From the IMG/VR virus record IMGVR_UViG_3300031951_000008: a stretch of 64,000 nt of DNA. One strand, 5' to 3'. The DNA comes from a virus. Taxonomy: Duplodnaviria; Caudoviricetes. Numbering within the stretch: the stretch's first letter is position 1; every line of letters begins with the position of its first letter. Both the position numbers and the translations under genes were made by a program. Below are positions 48,907-58,321 of this stretch, piece after piece. The notes under the pieces were generated by a model, which saw nothing but the letters and a program-made list of their open reading frames with translations, was not told the DNA's origin and searched no databases.

Positions 48907-49597
48907 ATTCATCATTCATCATCCTAAGTTATCAGATCGGCGAGCCTATATAGAATCCTGTCGGCTTAATGATATATGCTTTATTACCAAATATAACGAT
49001 GGTAGCTGTGATCCTATTAGCACCTTTAATAGATATGTCTACAGTAAACATATTTGGGACCTCAAGTGCAAGGGTAAATTCGAATTTCGACTCTTAAATA
49101 AGGGCGATATAGCGTGCATTGAGAGCCATATCGAAGCCTGGAATCGTATAGCCAAATTAGATGATTATGCGATGGTCCTTGAGGATGACGTTCAATTTAG
49201 TTCTCAGAATTCTGACCCGGCAATCACAGGGCGTTGGTTTGAGCAGTTTGTAGATGGTACTAATCCTGCGTCTGTTATGTCAAGATGTCCAAAGCCCTTT
49301 GACGTACTCTTTATAGGCGGCACTTTCCCTCACAACACTGTCTCGACCACTGTATATCAAACAGGCAATTTTCACCGGAAAGATCATCCTGCTACTAATA
49401 CCGCTTTTGCTTATATTATTGGGCCGAGTGCGGCTAAAAAATTATGTAAGATAGCATTATCTGGATATAGTATGCCAGTAGACTTTGAGATGAACTACTG
49501 GTTTGATGCTCTAGACTTTATCGTATATCACCATATCCCATATATTGTTACTGAGGGATCGGCCACCAATGTTTATAAATCTTCGCAATTAAGATAG
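48899..49597 (+). CDS. Glycosyltransferase family 25-like
   Basis: GDIACIESHIEAW..YAMVLEDD..AYIIGPSAAKKL..PVDFEM. Confidence 0.82.
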   Translation: MHKFIIHHPKLSDRRAYIESCRLNDICFITKYNDGSCDPISTFNRYVYSKHIWDLKCKGKFEFRLLNKGDIACIESHIEAWNRIAKLDDYAMVLEDDVQFSSQNSDPAITGRWFEQFVDGTNPASVMSRCPKPFDVLFIGGTFPHNTVSTTVYQTGNFHRKDHPATNTAFAYIIGPSAAKKLCKIALSGYSMPVDFEMNYWFDALDFIVYHHIPYIVTEGSATNVYKSSQLR

Positions 49598-49598
49598 C

Positions 49599-50285
49599 AT
49601 GCTCAAAGTCACCTTTAATCAATATAATCCGACGATAGTACGTGATGAGTATACATTAGCTGTTCTTGACGATATTAGCCGTGTAATCTTTAAATCTATT
49701 CGCGAAGCTTATCCTCTATCTGGTGCTGTTTGTGCTACTTCTGCCCCCTCTGCGTATAAATATGTAGGCAGTTTAAACAAAGGGGATTATATTTATCTCA
49801 AAGTAGAAATAGAAGCAAAAGATGCTCTGTCTTGGCGGATAATCCATTTTCATATTAATATATATATCACACATTTAGTCTTTACTGCTTCTAAATGCGA
49901 TCGTATGCAACAGTCTTTGCTCGTTCGGGGACACCATAAGTACGATAAGCCTAACAAGGTTAATTATGATATAAGTCAGCCTGAGTACTTATCCATAATA
50001 ACTTCTAACATTCAACTGCTTGTAACAGAGACCAGCAGGCACTTAATAGATTATATATTAAATAATACTAATTCACCTGAAGTTATAGACACAGATCTAG
50101 TTAGACAGACACCGTCTGGTATGTCCCAATTGATTCGGAGCCCAATAAAGAAAAAACGTTCTAAAAGCCGTCATCAAGGACCCGTAAATCCTACGCCTAC
50201 ACAAACTGCTTCGACTCCGGGAAGCTTCTATACTAAGCTAATCAGATATATTAAAAGCCTATTCGACCGTTATTATTGTATATAA
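49599..50285 (+). CDS. SLHDP-family-like protein with extensions
   Basis: VLDDISRVI helix; YDISQPEYLSIITSNI. Confidence 0.55.
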   Translation: MLKVTFNQYNPTIVRDEYTLAVLDDISRVIFKSIREAYPLSGAVCATSAPSAYKYVGSLNKGDYIYLKVEIEAKDALSWRIIHFHINIYITHLVFTASKCDRMQQSLLVRGHHKYDKPNKVNYDISQPEYLSIITSNIQLLVTETSRHLIDYILNNTNSPEVIDTDLVRQTPSGMSQLIRSPIKKKRSKSRHQGPVNPTPTQTASTPGSFYTKLIRYIKSLFDRYYCI

Positions 50286-50314
50286 TGATGTAACTTTACA
50301 TAAGGTAATCTACT

Positions 50315-51046
50315 ATGGCATCTATATTACGTCAACTGAAGAAATACCAGCAGACCGGCTTAACAAATACCGAGCAGAAAGTTGACCCTGACAGTAAGGC
50401 AGTTATCGTGGTCCCGGAACATAATCATCCTTTTGCAGAGATGATCGAAGCGATACTACGGTCTACCTACCCACCTGAACCAAGCTTCGATGATAGTCGT
50501 AAAGAATTTACCATCAAGTCACTAAAGGCTCTAGAGGGCTACACGCTACCACCCTTGGCTGGTAAGTTATATCCAGTAGAACTAGCCGTTCTTTACTATC
50601 TATTCTATCATCATAAAATTCAGCTAGGAGAACATGTTGCTGAATCATATCTAAGTAAGTTTTTACAGGATATTCGTGCAAAAGAGGGATCACTTGAAAG
50701 GTATTTAATAGAGCTAAAAGACAGTATGGATAAGACGGCTACTACAGCATTTTTATATAGGGTAATGCTTGCGTCACTCGGCGAGAGGGACAATTATACC
50801 GTAGCCCGTGATATCCTTGATCCAAAATATGGCCCGATGGCTGCAGACGCTTTAGGTGTAGAAGCCAGTGCCAAGAGAGCTTGGAAAGGGTTAGAGAGCA
50901 TTAGAAATGAGGACATAGAGCAACTTATCTTCGGCAGAATCGCTTATATTGCATTTTGGCAAATTAGTAGATCACCATCGTCCACCAACTGCAATAAATT
51001 TCTAAGTTTTAAGCCACACAATATTGGACAAGCCCATTATGAATAG
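50315..51046 (+). CDS. Hypothetical protein
   Basis: 243 aa. Confidence 0.7.
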   Translation: MASILRQLKKYQQTGLTNTEQKVDPDSKAVIVVPEHNHPFAEMIEAILRSTYPPEPSFDDSRKEFTIKSLKALEGYTLPPLAGKLYPVELAVLYYLFYHHKIQLGEHVAESYLSKFLQDIRAKEGSLERYLIELKDSMDKTATTAFLYRVMLASLGERDNYTVARDILDPKYGPMAADALGVEASAKRAWKGLESIRNEDIEQLIFGRIAYIAFWQISRSPSSTNCNKFLSFKPHNIGQAHYE

Positions 51047-51125
51047 CTTCTCGATAACTGTAATAGCTGTTTTTGTAGGCTTGTACCTGCTTATGTCCGT
51101 ATTGACATCATATATTAATGACTAG
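51039..51125 (+). CDS. 28-aa hydrophobic peptide (not in ORF track)
   Basis: MNSFSITVIAVFVGLYLLMSVLTSYIND*. Confidence 0.4.
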   Translation: MNSFSITVIAVFVGLYLLMSVLTSYIND

Positions 51126-51183
51126 CGATATTCGTAGCTATCATTAGCCTGCCACACACTGCTAACTCAATTAGGAATCTATT

Positions 51184-51480
51184 ATGATCAAGCCGACTCA
51201 AGTTAAGTTTAGCATAAGATTATTTAGGAATGAACACGCGTGGGCTATTAGCTCAGTGTCTAGTAGACTAGGCCAAATCACTAGCGTGCTTACCCACACT
51301 GCAGACTCTGTGATAGGTGAACGATATTCGATTGGCACTTTGCCACTCGACTGCACACCAGAACTAGCATTAGCAAAATTGCGGGAAGTGGTTACAGGAG
51401 AAAATCATCATTATTTGGCAGGAGAAGTTACGGCTTCTGGAGATCTTTATTGGATTCAATGGGAATCCAATGCTGCTTAG
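51184..51480 (+). CDS. Hypothetical protein
   Basis: 98 aa. Confidence 0.65.
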   Translation: MIKPTQVKFSIRLFRNEHAWAISSVSSRLGQITSVLTHTADSVIGERYSIGTLPLDCTPELALAKLREVVTGENHHYLAGEVTASGDLYWIQWESNAA

Positions 51481-51504
51481 TATTATACTTTAATCGAGGA
51501 TCGC

Positions 51505-52050
51505 ATGACAACAATTAGGCATTTCGCTGCTAAACTGACTGACCTACAATTCAAGCACAATCCCCAATATACCCCGGTCGATTTTTTCTTTGAAATCAAA
51601 GTAGATAGATCTGGACTTAAGCCTAAAGACTCTTTTACTGCTGGAGTCTTCTCTTATAACAGTCTCGATGATGCGATTTCTCACCATTGTCGTCAACATC
51701 TACAAGAAAATGGTCTAACTGCTCACAAATCTTCGCAATTTGATGTATTTTTCGAGGTCCATGAGATCAAATTAGTCAGCGGCCAAGCCGTGCGTAACTT
51801 ATGGAAGAAAAAGCTTGGTGTCGCAGTACCAATTCGGCCTACAACGGAGGAAGAATTTTATGAAGAGCAGCGTCAAGCACTTGAGCAACTTCCACCTGAA
51901 TTTAGAGAATTCGTGTCTTCGCACGCTTGGAGCGATAAACACGCTTACGGATATGACGAAGTCCTTAGCGAGGTCCGTGACCTTGCCAACGAGTTAGCTG
52001 GCTGCGTTTCATCTTACAACTTACGAATCATGCGCGAAAAGACAAGCTAA
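51505..52050 (+). CDS. Hypothetical phage protein
   Basis: GAGG SD; 181 aa. Confidence 0.7.
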   Translation: MTTIRHFAAKLTDLQFKHNPQYTPVDFFFEIKVDRSGLKPKDSFTAGVFSYNSLDDAISHHCRQHLQENGLTAHKSSQFDVFFEVHEIKLVSGQAVRNLWKKKLGVAVPIRPTTEEEFYEEQRQALEQLPPEFREFVSSHAWSDKHAYGYDEVLSEVRDLANELAGCVSSYNLRIMREKTS

Positions 52051-52289
52051 TGCAAAGACTATTAGATTGCAGGATCAATGAACTACAAGGTTATGTTGAC
52101 TTCTATCAACGGTTAATAACCTGTGATTGTGATGAGCTTCGCGAATGCGTTCGTAGAGATCTATACCTTGATGTTGACGCTGATATAGATGCTAATATCC
52201 TTAATATGCCTGACGCTATAAGTCTTTATCGCATTTTAAATGCCCCTACTGCTAAGACACGGAATTGGCTCATTCAAAGGATGAAGTGA
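52050..52289 (+). CDS. Hypothetical protein
   Basis: TAATG overlap, 79 aa. Confidence 0.6.
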   Translation: MQRLLDCRINELQGYVDFYQRLITCDCDELRECVRRDLYLDVDADIDANILNMPDAISLYRILNAPTAKTRNWLIQRMK

Positions 52290-52292
52290 AAA

Positions 52293-52415
52293 ATGGAAGC
52301 TTTTAGGTCATTACACCCTGCTGTCCAAGCGACCTTAATAGTAGTGGCAGGCATAGTAGCGGTTGTTTACATTCTGGCTCTGTTTACGGACGTTTTTCAT
52401 AGTAGACGCGATTAA
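52293..52415 (+). CDS. 40-aa membrane peptide (not in ORF track)
   Basis: MEAFRSLHPAVQATLIVVAGIVAVVYILALFTDVFHSRRD*; fills the gap between genes. Confidence 0.55.
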   Translation: MEAFRSLHPAVQATLIVVAGIVAVVYILALFTDVFHSRRD

Positions 52416-52417
52416 CT

Positions 52418-52765
52418 GTGTTAGAAATTGTGCGAGCTATTGCGACTACATTGCATCACGATACAGGATTCGATTTTTCTATATTAGACACGACCTATTC
52501 ACTTGGGCTGTACTTCACTTCTTCTGTTAGAGCACATCCAATTATCTGTTTTCTGTTCGATTCTAGACAAGCTAATGGGCTTGTAGCAACAATCATACCA
52601 CTAGAGGTAACTGCGGTGTCTAATAAAAAATTTTCAGACACGTTACGAGTTATACTCAATACTAATCAGATCGGCTCTCCAGCCATAAACATGGATAATC
52701 CAGATTCTATTATTAAACTTAGGATGGTATTGCAAAAAGTCAACGAAATGGTAAAATTAAGTTAA
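52418..52765 (+). CDS. SLHDP-family paralog
   Basis: MLEIVRAIATTL; INMDNPDSIIKL. Confidence 0.75.
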   Translation: MLEIVRAIATTLHHDTGFDFSILDTTYSLGLYFTSSVRAHPIICFLFDSRQANGLVATIIPLEVTAVSNKKFSDTLRVILNTNQIGSPAINMDNPDSIIKLRMVLQKVNEMVKLS

Positions 52766-52770
52766 GTTTA

Positions 52771-53235
52771 ATGATCAACATAATAGAATTACTTTGTGAT
52801 TATTTCATAACTACTAAGCCTCAAATAGGTGGCTTTAAATTTATTTATGGGCTTGATGACACTAATTGCGATCAAGGTTACTTCATAAAAGTAATAGATA
52901 ATAACAACATAGATATTTTTCTACGCTTAGAAAAATTGGTAATCAGAGCAGGCTGTATTATTCGTACTAGTCTTAAAGGTGCTGAATTAAAAATATCTAG
53001 AGACTTGCATGTTACTCATAGGATTAAGTGGCATACATTTTTTAATGTTACGGCTATTCCCTTAGTTCCGTATCGGTTAGGTATATCTTATGTAGCTCAA
53101 CATCTAGACATTCAAGATCCCGCATGTATCGAACAATTATTATCTATATTAAACGAACAGTTTCGTACGGTGATTAACCATGAGTCGTTAGGTACAATCA
53201 TTCGCCATCTTCGGTATGATTTAACATACCGATGA
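52771..53235 (+). CDS. SLHDP-family paralog
   Basis: MINIIELLCDYF; LDIQDPACIEQL. Confidence 0.75.
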   Translation: MINIIELLCDYFITTKPQIGGFKFIYGLDDTNCDQGYFIKVIDNNNIDIFLRLEKLVIRAGCIIRTSLKGAELKISRDLHVTHRIKWHTFFNVTAIPLVPYRLGISYVAQHLDIQDPACIEQLLSILNEQFRTVINHESLGTIIRHLRYDLTYR

Positions 53236-53247
53236 GTTCGACAATGC

Positions 53248-53700
53248 TTGAATTCCTACAAAATAACCTTTCACAGTTCGAGGCCGATTTTGTCTGAGTC
53301 TCTACAGGCCATTGCGAGCGAGTTAGATTCTTATCTACCGAGCACTCTTGCTATATGCATTAATGAATCTACCGCAACTCAAGCTAGCATACGATTTGGT
53401 TATGTAACTGATTCACATCTTACGATAACGATTCCGACATTGTTCGGTGAAGATTGGGTATTTACGATCTTTATAAATGAAGACAATGTCGTTTTATTAT
53501 GCCGTAAGTTTATCCGGACTTTCCACATTCCAACCGGCTCTTCCAGATTAATATTACAACCACAGACTGCTCGCAAAGAGTCTCAAGGGCGACATGCATC
53601 TTTCACCTTTAGGAAAGTAAGCCTTCATGATCCATCAATGATGTACAAGATAGTACAAATAGTTAAACAACGATCAGAGACAATTATGGGCAGTAAATGA
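53248..53700 (+). CDS. SLHDP-family paralog
   Basis: ESLQAIASEL; VSLHDPSMMYKI. Confidence 0.75.
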   Translation: MNSYKITFHSSRPILSESLQAIASELDSYLPSTLAICINESTATQASIRFGYVTDSHLTITIPTLFGEDWVFTIFINEDNVVLLCRKFIRTFHIPTGSSRLILQPQTARKESQGRHASFTFRKVSLHDPSMMYKIVQIVKQRSETIMGSK

Positions 53701-54062
53701 ATGACGTAATTAGAGCTATTGAACAACATTTGAAACTAACTATCGGCGATCAGTTACATATTTATTCAAGAGACGACCACATATCTGCCTATGTCGTTTA
53801 TTCATATGTAGGCAATCCTATTAGGTGCGAACTGTGGTTCACCATGGAGTTCTCATTGGATACTGTAGAGATACGAAGCAGAGAACAAGTAACTGAATGG
53901 AGTGATGGAGTTCAAACTGGCATTATTAGCGACAAAAAACTTGGAACTGACCAATTAAGCCTAAGTGATCCTCAACTAATCCCAAAAATTTTCGCCAGTC
54001 TCCAATTTCAGTTTAGTAAATCAGACGATCGTCGCTGGTTACGTTTAGTATCAAACTTATAA
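53697..54062 (+). CDS. SLHDP-family paralog
   Basis: MNDVIRAIEQHL; LSLSDPQLIPKI. Confidence 0.8.
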   Translation: MNDVIRAIEQHLKLTIGDQLHIYSRDDHISAYVVYSYVGNPIRCELWFTMEFSLDTVEIRSREQVTEWSDGVQTGIISDKKLGTDQLSLSDPQLIPKIFASLQFQFSKSDDRRWLRLVSNL

Positions 54063-54065
54063 ATC

Positions 54066-54443
54066 ATGCAACAGTTACTACAAGCTTTAGAAAGTATTCG
54101 TGTGTATGGCTTTGCGGACAATAGTGCTTATTTATTTGAATTAGACTTGTAGGCTCTAATGATTGTTGAATCTGAGGTGCTAAGCGTCAACTATTAACCT
54201 GTCGCCATCGATGTAGATTCTAACAGAATGAATACCAATATGTGCGTATTCATTCTCGATCTTTACGTGTTGGATGATACTGAATATCCTCTCCTGCCGC
54301 GAGCTAAAATGGATATATATGATGAGGAATCGAGGCTAATAATGGCAGGAAGCAAGGAGATCACGCTACATGGCCCTGACATTGTCACAAGAATATTAAA
54401 CACCATACAGACATTGGTCTCTGAGATTAGATTCGATTATTAA
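54066..54443 (+). pseudogene. SLHDP-family paralog with two in-frame stops
   Basis: MQQLLQAL..FELDL(TAG)ALM..NY(TAA)PVA.. continues in frame into ORF 54228 with ITLHGPDIVTRI. Confidence 0.7.
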
Positions 54444-54445
54444 TT

Positions 54446-55003
54446 ATGGCCGTCAAACCATTTCTCGACTTGAGTAGAGTATTCATTCCTAAATTCAAAG
54501 TACCAATGAATCACTTACAAGACCAGCTTATCAACGAGATAGCTGTATTAGAAGCCATAAAGATGGCTTTAAGCTGCCATTTCGACAAGAGCATTCCTAA
54601 CAATGTGGTCTCCTACCATATTTATACAACGCCATCAGCATCTAAGCACTACAGACAATGTGGACGCTTCGAGATTAATCATCGCATGAAACCATACCTG
54701 TTAGTTGATGAACTTTATACAGTAAACACCGAGTGTCATGATATGAAAATCTGTGTAAATGGAGATTCTATTAGATTGTCAACTACTCACGGTGAAATGG
54801 GAGCGGTCCTAATCGATGTGAGCTTGCATAATACTGAATTTTTATCTAAAATCGTAGCAATAGTGCAAGAATTCGTTCAAGTTCATAGAAATCATGGTGG
54901 TAGTTTAGAAAACGCTTTGAAGCGATTAGCTAGTCTACGATCTCGTGGAGGAAATGGTTCACCGTTCGTTTTCGACGTATTGAGTCGTCCTAATGAATCA
55001 TAA
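54446..55003 (+). CDS. SLHDP-family paralog
   Basis: VLEAIKMAL; VSLHNTEFLSKI. Confidence 0.75.
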   Translation: MAVKPFLDLSRVFIPKFKVPMNHLQDQLINEIAVLEAIKMALSCHFDKSIPNNVVSYHIYTTPSASKHYRQCGRFEINHRMKPYLLVDELYTVNTECHDMKICVNGDSIRLSTTHGEMGAVLIDVSLHNTEFLSKIVAIVQEFVQVHRNHGGSLENALKRLASLRSRGGNGSPFVFDVLSRPNES

Positions 55004-55367
55004 TTATACAGCCACAGAAGCGATGCTAGTAGAGTTGCAGAAAGCGATTTTGTCGCTTAGTGTTGATTTGACAAAAATTCAATGCTATTTAATTAGTTCG
55101 CATTTGTCAATTAAGAATTTAGAGGATCGAGTTACCACGACTATCACTATAGTTAATGGCTATATTTACATAGAAGCCAACCCATATTACGATGGCTCTT
55201 ATATAATTGCAGATCCTCCTAAGGCCATAGTTCCAAGGTATACAACAAATACAAGTCCTCGTTTGGAAAACAAGTTCGCCGTCAGTCTACATCACCAAGA
55301 CTTTATAGACCAAACAGTTAAAGCTATTGTGAATATGGGATCGGTTATATTCAATGATAGACCCTGA
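54993..55367 (+). CDS. SLHDP-family paralog
   Basis: MLVELQKAI; VSLHHQDFIDQT. Confidence 0.75.
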   Translation: MNHNYTATEAMLVELQKAILSLSVDLTKIQCYLISSHLSIKNLEDRVTTTITIVNGYIYIEANPYYDGSYIIADPPKAIVPRYTTNTSPRLENKFAVSLHHQDFIDQTVKAIVNMGSVIFNDRP

Positions 55368-55746
55368 GCAAAGTATCGCCTTCACAATACTGCAGCAAAT
55401 AAGGGAAACTATATTGCAGGAGTCTAAATATTTTGTTGAGTTTATTGGTAAAGAACTCACGCCAGCATACAATGGGGTCCTGTCTTTATCTGTCAGCAAT
55501 CCGACCACTGGCGTATACTTGGTGGCTGCTATTAAGAAAGACCGTATCATACTAGTAGCAATACCATCCGTACCTTACCTTAATAACCTACACAAAGCCA
55601 CACTTAATCCAGGTCTATATGATCTTAATCCGGTTCTTACAAAAACCATACGGGACATAGACAACAAAAGGCAAATAATTAGTTTACATGACCAGGATTT
55701 CATCAATATAACCGTGCGAACAATAATACAGATGTGCGAGCAGTAA
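55354..55746 (+). CDS. SLHDP-family paralog
   Basis: ILQQIRETI; ISLHDQDFINIT. Confidence 0.75.
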   Translation: MIDPEQSIAFTILQQIRETILQESKYFVEFIGKELTPAYNGVLSLSVSNPTTGVYLVAAIKKDRIILVAIPSVPYLNNLHKATLNPGLYDLNPVLTKTIRDIDNKRQIISLHDQDFINITVRTIIQMCEQ

Positions 55747-56088
55747 ATGATAGACTTAATGCAAGCCATATATGACTACCTTAAATCACGGCTTGAATCA
55801 GAATCGGTATCCATAGATATATTATGGAGATTACAAGTTACGCCAGGCAAATTGCAAAACCAGATCGAAGTAGGAAATGAATGCTATATACAAGTTCTTA
55901 AGGAGGTCAATCTTAACATTTATATAAGGGAACAGATATTAGAAATAACGCAGTATAATGCTTTCCATTCTTATCCCACCATGCTGATTTGTATACACGA
56001 TCCACAATTATTAAGCAAGTTAGAGCAGGCTGTGATGGCACCTGTTGATATAGGTAGATATCCTCACGAAACAATAATCAAGTGGTAG
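55747..56088 (+). CDS. SLHDP-family paralog
   Basis: MIDLMQAIYDYL; ICIHDPQLLSKL. Confidence 0.8.
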   Translation: MIDLMQAIYDYLKSRLESESVSIDILWRLQVTPGKLQNQIEVGNECYIQVLKEVNLNIYIREQILEITQYNAFHSYPTMLICIHDPQLLSKLEQAVMAPVDIGRYPHETIIKW

Positions 56089-56094
56089 AGCACC

Positions 56095-56418
56095 TTGGAG
56101 ACCATGCTAAATTCACCTGACATTATCCTAGCTATCAAAGACCTCATTGAACCGATGGTCGTAGCAGAGGGGTATAAAGCAAGCATTGTAAATGATTCAC
56201 TGTGGTCCGGAACAGATCTTGCACAAGCATATATTAGCATAGATCCAGCCACGGATAGACTTGAAGATGGTTTATCAATAAGCTTTGATCATGACAAGTT
56301 AATTGTTAGGAGGTATCACTTACAAGCTCGTGGTACAACTAACATCCATATCAGTTTACACGAACAGGATTTGTTGCCTAAATTAGTAAAAGCGATAACT
56401 ACGCTCATAACTTACTGA
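56095..56418 (+). CDS. SLHDP-family paralog (recent duplicate A)
   Basis: SPDIILAIKDLIEP; ISLHEQDLLPKLVKAITTLI. Confidence 0.8.
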   Translation: METMLNSPDIILAIKDLIEPMVVAEGYKASIVNDSLWSGTDLAQAYISIDPATDRLEDGLSISFDHDKLIVRRYHLQARGTTNIHISLHEQDLLPKLVKAITTLITY

Positions 56419-56480
56419 CACCGAACGCCGCTATACTAGCCCTACCCTTTTCATAGATCTATAGCTCAAAGACAGCGACA

Positions 56481-56834
56481 ATGCAAAAATCACCTGATAT
56501 TATTCTAGCTATCAAAGGCCTCATTGAACCGATAGTCGCAGCAGGTGGGTATAAAGCAAGCATCCATAAGGACAATACCAGAACCTATATATACATAGAT
56601 CAAATCATAACTGAAGATTACATACCCAGATATAGTTTATCAATAAATATAGATAGCGATAGGTTAGTTATAATGAGATATGACTTACAAACTCAATCTG
56701 TAGATTTTGTAGTAGCTTACTCGGTAACAACTTGTTATATCAGTCTACACGACCCGGATTTATTACCAGAATTAGTAAAAGCGATAACTACACTCATCAA
56801 AAACCATGATTATATACCACGATGTAGTATTTGA
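56481..56834 (+). CDS. SLHDP-family paralog (recent duplicate B)
   Basis: SPDIILAIKGLIEP; ISLHDPDLLPELVKAITTLI. Confidence 0.8.
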   Translation: MQKSPDIILAIKGLIEPIVAAGGYKASIHKDNTRTYIYIDQIITEDYIPRYSLSINIDSDRLVIMRYDLQTQSVDFVVAYSVTTCYISLHDPDLLPELVKAITTLIKNHDYIPRCSI

Positions 56835-56843
56835 CTATTACCC

Positions 56844-57248
56844 ATGGACTGCCTTATCCAAGCTATCTCACAACACCTACAACAACGATTTCATCGCGAA
56901 ATAGCCGCTGAAGTCATAGTTATAGAACAGCCACAACTAACAATTAAGCCATCTCAATACGGACCAGTACATGAATTTGTTGTCAAAAGCCAATTAGATA
57001 ACGGTACGGTAATTCATCACATTGCAGACAACGGAAGCAAGCTCGATGTAACATCTTCCGCATATGTCCCCACGTGGGACGATCCCTATCGATATTTAGG
57101 CGAAGCCATAATAGATACAGTAGATCCAGATAGCTTAAAGCTGTTAGATGATTTAATAGCCAAATGGCTACCAAATAACGACCAGCAGGCTGGTAGCTAC
57201 TTCATCTTCGACAAAGCACTCGTATGTGTTAGAGGTCAGATACTTTAA
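56844..57248 (+). CDS. SLHDP-family paralog
   Basis: MDCLIQAISQHL; IDTVDPDSLKLL. Confidence 0.8.
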   Translation: MDCLIQAISQHLQQRFHREIAAEVIVIEQPQLTIKPSQYGPVHEFVVKSQLDNGTVIHHIADNGSKLDVTSSAYVPTWDDPYRYLGEAIIDTVDPDSLKLLDDLIAKWLPNNDQQAGSYFIFDKALVCVRGQIL

Positions 57249-57283
57249 TCGCCAAATGGTTACATATGTGGAGGATTAGTGTT

Positions 57284-57607
57284 GTGCAAGACTTGATCCA
57301 AGCGATATACGGACACTTAAAAAACGAGTTATTCTCCAGGCCAGGAATGCCTACTTTGGTCGGCGTTATAACCGACAATAAGATAAGGCTTAAAGTCAGT
57401 AGCGAAAAATACGAGATCCAAATATCTATCCTTGGTGTACCACGCACGGCATTTCACGTGGTCAAGTATCGTAATTATACGCCTGTAATTACGCAGAGCC
57501 ATATTATTAGTTTACATGACCCAAACTTCCTAAGCGAAATAGAGCAAGCTGTAATTGATTTAGCAACCTTCCCAAGAATAACACCTAAACTGGCAAAGAA
57601 TGAATAA
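57284..57607 (+). CDS. SLHDP-family paralog
   Basis: GGAGG SD then GTG: (M)QDLIQAIYGHL; ISLHDPNFLSEI. Confidence 0.8.
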   Translation: MQDLIQAIYGHLKNELFSRPGMPTLVGVITDNKIRLKVSSEKYEIQISILGVPRTAFHVVKYRNYTPVITQSHIISLHDPNFLSEIEQAVIDLATFPRITPKLAKNE

Positions 57608-57980
57608 TACTACTGTAGTTCTTCTACAAATAGCCGATCTTATCAGCAATAGGTTGCCGGACTGCAGTGTAGACACTAACCATGTTAATCCTAATTCACA
57701 CATAAGACAACTTATTTATATCAAGTATCAGGGCAATTATATAGCTACACTAATAATTGACGGCGATACTATAAAGCTCTTGCAATATATTGATAGTAAT
57801 TATTGGGTACGCAAGACACAACAACGTAATAAAGAACTACAAGGAGTAAAAGACTACATAGCAAGTGTCAGTCTACACGACCACAATTTTGAGAGCAAAA
57901 TAATAGATGGAATCAAACTCATACAAAGCTATAATCTCGTGTATATACGCCGAGTACTACGGCCCAGAAAACGTCGATAA
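57600..57980 (+). CDS. SLHDP-family paralog
   Basis: VLLQIADLI; VSLHDHNFESKI. Confidence 0.8.
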   Translation: MNNTTVVLLQIADLISNRLPDCSVDTNHVNPNSHIRQLIYIKYQGNYIATLIIDGDTIKLLQYIDSNYWVRKTQQRNKELQGVKDYIASVSLHDHNFESKIIDGIKLIQSYNLVYIRRVLRPRKRR

Positions 57981-57998
57981 TGTGACAAGAGATAAACA

Positions 57999-58319
57999 AT
58001 GCAAGACCTAGTCTCAGCTATATTTCAACATCTCAAGCAAAGGCTGCCGCACATCAACATATCGACCTACAATTGCAGCAAGATAGTTAACGGTATGGCC
58101 GTGGAGAGTCTAGGCATAAAGATTAGGTTCACTGAGGAATATTTAGACATAAGCCTAGACACAACCATGAGTCAGATAAAAGTTAACCACCATAATAAAT
58201 TACCAGCCGACGTAGCGTGGACTGTTGAAAATTTGCAGCCGAAGTCAATGATCCATATCGATCTAAATGACCCTAACTCCTTAGAACTGTTAATCGAATA
58301 TATCACCAAAAGAGCATAA
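57999..58319 (+). CDS. SLHDP-family paralog
   Basis: MQDLVSAIFQHL; IDLNDPNSLELL. Confidence 0.8.
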   Translation: MQDLVSAIFQHLKQRLPHINISTYNCSKIVNGMAVESLGIKIRFTEEYLDISLDTTMSQIKVNHHNKLPADVAWTVENLQPKSMIHIDLNDPNSLELLIEYITKRA

Positions 58320-58321
58320 TT

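Noticed and set aside
54066-54230. In-frame TAG as a sign of stop-codon recoding
   Set aside because: A TAA also interrupts the same frame, and many intact genes end in TAG followed by a new start (e.g. 550, 49597)
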